A stretch of DNA of 62,522 nucleotides, counting the filler, from Pirum gemmata (taxonomy: Eukaryota): NCBI GenBank assembly GCA_002812295.1. It is 17 parts of 17 records of this genome, joined end to end, with 100 filler letters (N's around TTAATTAATTAA, not from the genome) between each part and the next. Parts side by side here need not be neighbours in the genome. Positions count along the whole stretch, not along the records: positions 58,997 to 62,522 come from PDIN01002366.1; 16 more parts are not named here. One strand, 5' to 3'. Below the pieces are notes generated by a model that was not told where the DNA came from, ran no database searches, and saw only the letters and a list, made by a program, of their open reading frames with translations. Positions 61,012 to 62,522 of this stretch are shown piece by piece (positions within the stretch are counted from its first letter, which is position 1; every line of letters starts with the position of its first letter). The position numbers and the translations under genes were made by a program.

Positions 61012-61162
61012 ATTTATAACGCATTTACCACAAGATATTGACGGTAACGATCTTTTCTGCGCTATGTCGTGTATAGAAGTATCGACATTTAAATTTCAGT
61101 CTATGATTGACAAATGTTTTGCCAACGTTAAAAAACAAGAAAGCAAAAAAACAAAAATGTGA
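61012..61162 (+). CDS. Terminal exon, probably of a TBC (Rab-GAP) domain protein
   Basis: After GAATAG|: FITHLPQDIDGNDLFCAMSCIEVSTFKFQSMIDKCFANVKKQESKKTKM*. From memory this resembles the C-terminal tail of TBC1D12/14-type proteins; not searched. Confidence 0.45.
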
Positions 61163-61639
61163 TGATGGATCAATAACACGTAATGTATTAATTATCATAA
61201 ACGAAAAGAGTGGGAAAATGTAAAAACTGAAACAGAGAAGTATCCCCATCTTTGTTGCATCCAGTTTTTATTTGAAGGGAAGAATAAATAGATGAGTATT
61301 ATCACTCGCAATAACTGTAGATAACTTCGTAAGCAATGAAAATGTAATTAATGAATTGGGGGTTTAAATAATAATAAAATACGATGTTAATAAACAGTAA
61401 AGTATCCCATCTTTGCTGCCAGTCTTAATTAAAGGAAAGGATATATGAGCATAATCACTCAAATTCTGTATATATATATAAAGACAAACAACAAAAAAGT
61501 AATCAATTGGTTTTTTAAATTATAATAATTGAGATATTAATTATAATTAATGGAAGAAAAAATTGAATGTACGAAAAGGAAAGTAGTATGGATATCTTAT
61601 GATCCGAGAATAACTCTGTAAAAAAAAAAACAGTTTCGT

Positions 61640-62522
61640 CAAAGAGCTGTTTTGTAGTTAAAAGTTAAGCATATGATCTATTATAAAGGGTAATAAGTTT
61701 TCAAAAAACCAAAGATGTTTCTGTAGTTATAACTAATAAGTTAAGCATATGATTAAAAGTTAAAAAAAATTCGAAAAAGATAGAAACCTCAAGCTGTTTT
61801 GTAGTTAAAGTTAAGCATATGTTCGATAGACTATTAAGGGGGGATAAGTTTTCAAAAACCCAAAGTTGTTGTATAACTAGTAAGTTTAAGTAAGTATATG
61901 ATTAAAAAGTTAAAAAAAATTCGAAAAAGATAGAAAACTAACAAGTTATATATAGTTAAAAAAAAATCGAAAAAGATAGAAACTCAAAAGCTGTTTTGTA
62001 GTTATTTAAGTATATGATCAATAATAGACTATAAAGGATAAGTTTTCAAAAACACAAAGTTGTTCTGTAGTTATAACTAACAAGTTACTTTTATGATCAA
62101 AAGTTAAATTATATGTTTAAAATTTAAAAAAAATTCGAAAAAGATAGAAAACTCAAGCTGTTTTGTAGTTAAAGTTAAGTATATTATCAATAATAGACTA
62201 TAAAGGTTGATTTCAAAAACACAAAGTTGTTCTGTAGTTATAACTAACAAGTTACTTTTATAATTAAAAGTTAAAAAAATTTCGAAAAAGAAAACTCAAA
62301 CTGTTTTGTAGTTAAAAGTTAAGTATATGAATCGAAAGACCATAAAAGGTGATACCCCCAAGTTATGTAGTTATAACCAATTAGTTAAGTATATGATTAA
62401 ACGTTAAAAGGGTGATAAGTTTGATAAGTTTTCAAACCCCCCAAGTTTTTCTAGTTGAGCATATGATTAAGAGTTAAAAAAAATTCGAAGAGGGTTAGGG
62501 TTAGGGTTAGGGTTAGGGTTAG
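61640..62522. repeat. Same ~150-bp satellite, ending in (TTAGGG)n
   Basis: Same unit as 59116-59685; the final 72 nt repeat the contig start. Confidence 0.9.

Noticed and set aside
62490..62522. True chromosome telomere at the window end
   Set aside because: The identical junction at 59038 continues into satellite after about 13 repeats, so the tract is interstitial.

Overview
Very AT-rich eukaryotic genomic DNA from an intron-rich protist. A unicellular opisthokont or amoebozoan is plausible, but that is inference only. The window is not a contiguous locus: it is 17 unrelated contigs of about 3.5 kb (one 4.2 kb) joined by 16 artificial 100-nt N44-TTAATTAATTAA-N44 linkers, so neighbourhood across linkers means nothing. 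Most ORFs in the supplied track are microsatellite or antisense artefacts. Genes or gene pieces I can support: ankyrin + polyQ + GATA-finger factor; class C-type GPCR with a probable OpuAC-like ectodomain; multi-exon ankyrin-repeat gene; last two exons of an HSL-family alpha/beta hydrolase; an ABCB NBD exon; DEP-domain protein; TPR-SET methyltransferase; pectinacetylesterase/Notum-like esterase; a probable TBC-protein last exon; and several unidentified exons. Non-coding DNA is dominated by at least eight MITE families (family A has about 20 copies), satellites, interstitial TTAGGG-type repeats and a degenerate LTR element with an apparent tRNA-Ala primer-binding site. The most unusual signals are: (i) an array of 15 duplicated splice-acceptor/exon-start units in the ankyrin gene, where only the last gives an intact protein; (ii) a 49-bp near-perfect hairpin; (iii) recurring tandem echoes of gene 3' ends, including two contigs with terminal redundancy that each hold only terminal exon(s) inside satellite DNA; (iv) MITE families with shared termini, plus fields of CTAG-rich microduplications that may be excision footprints.
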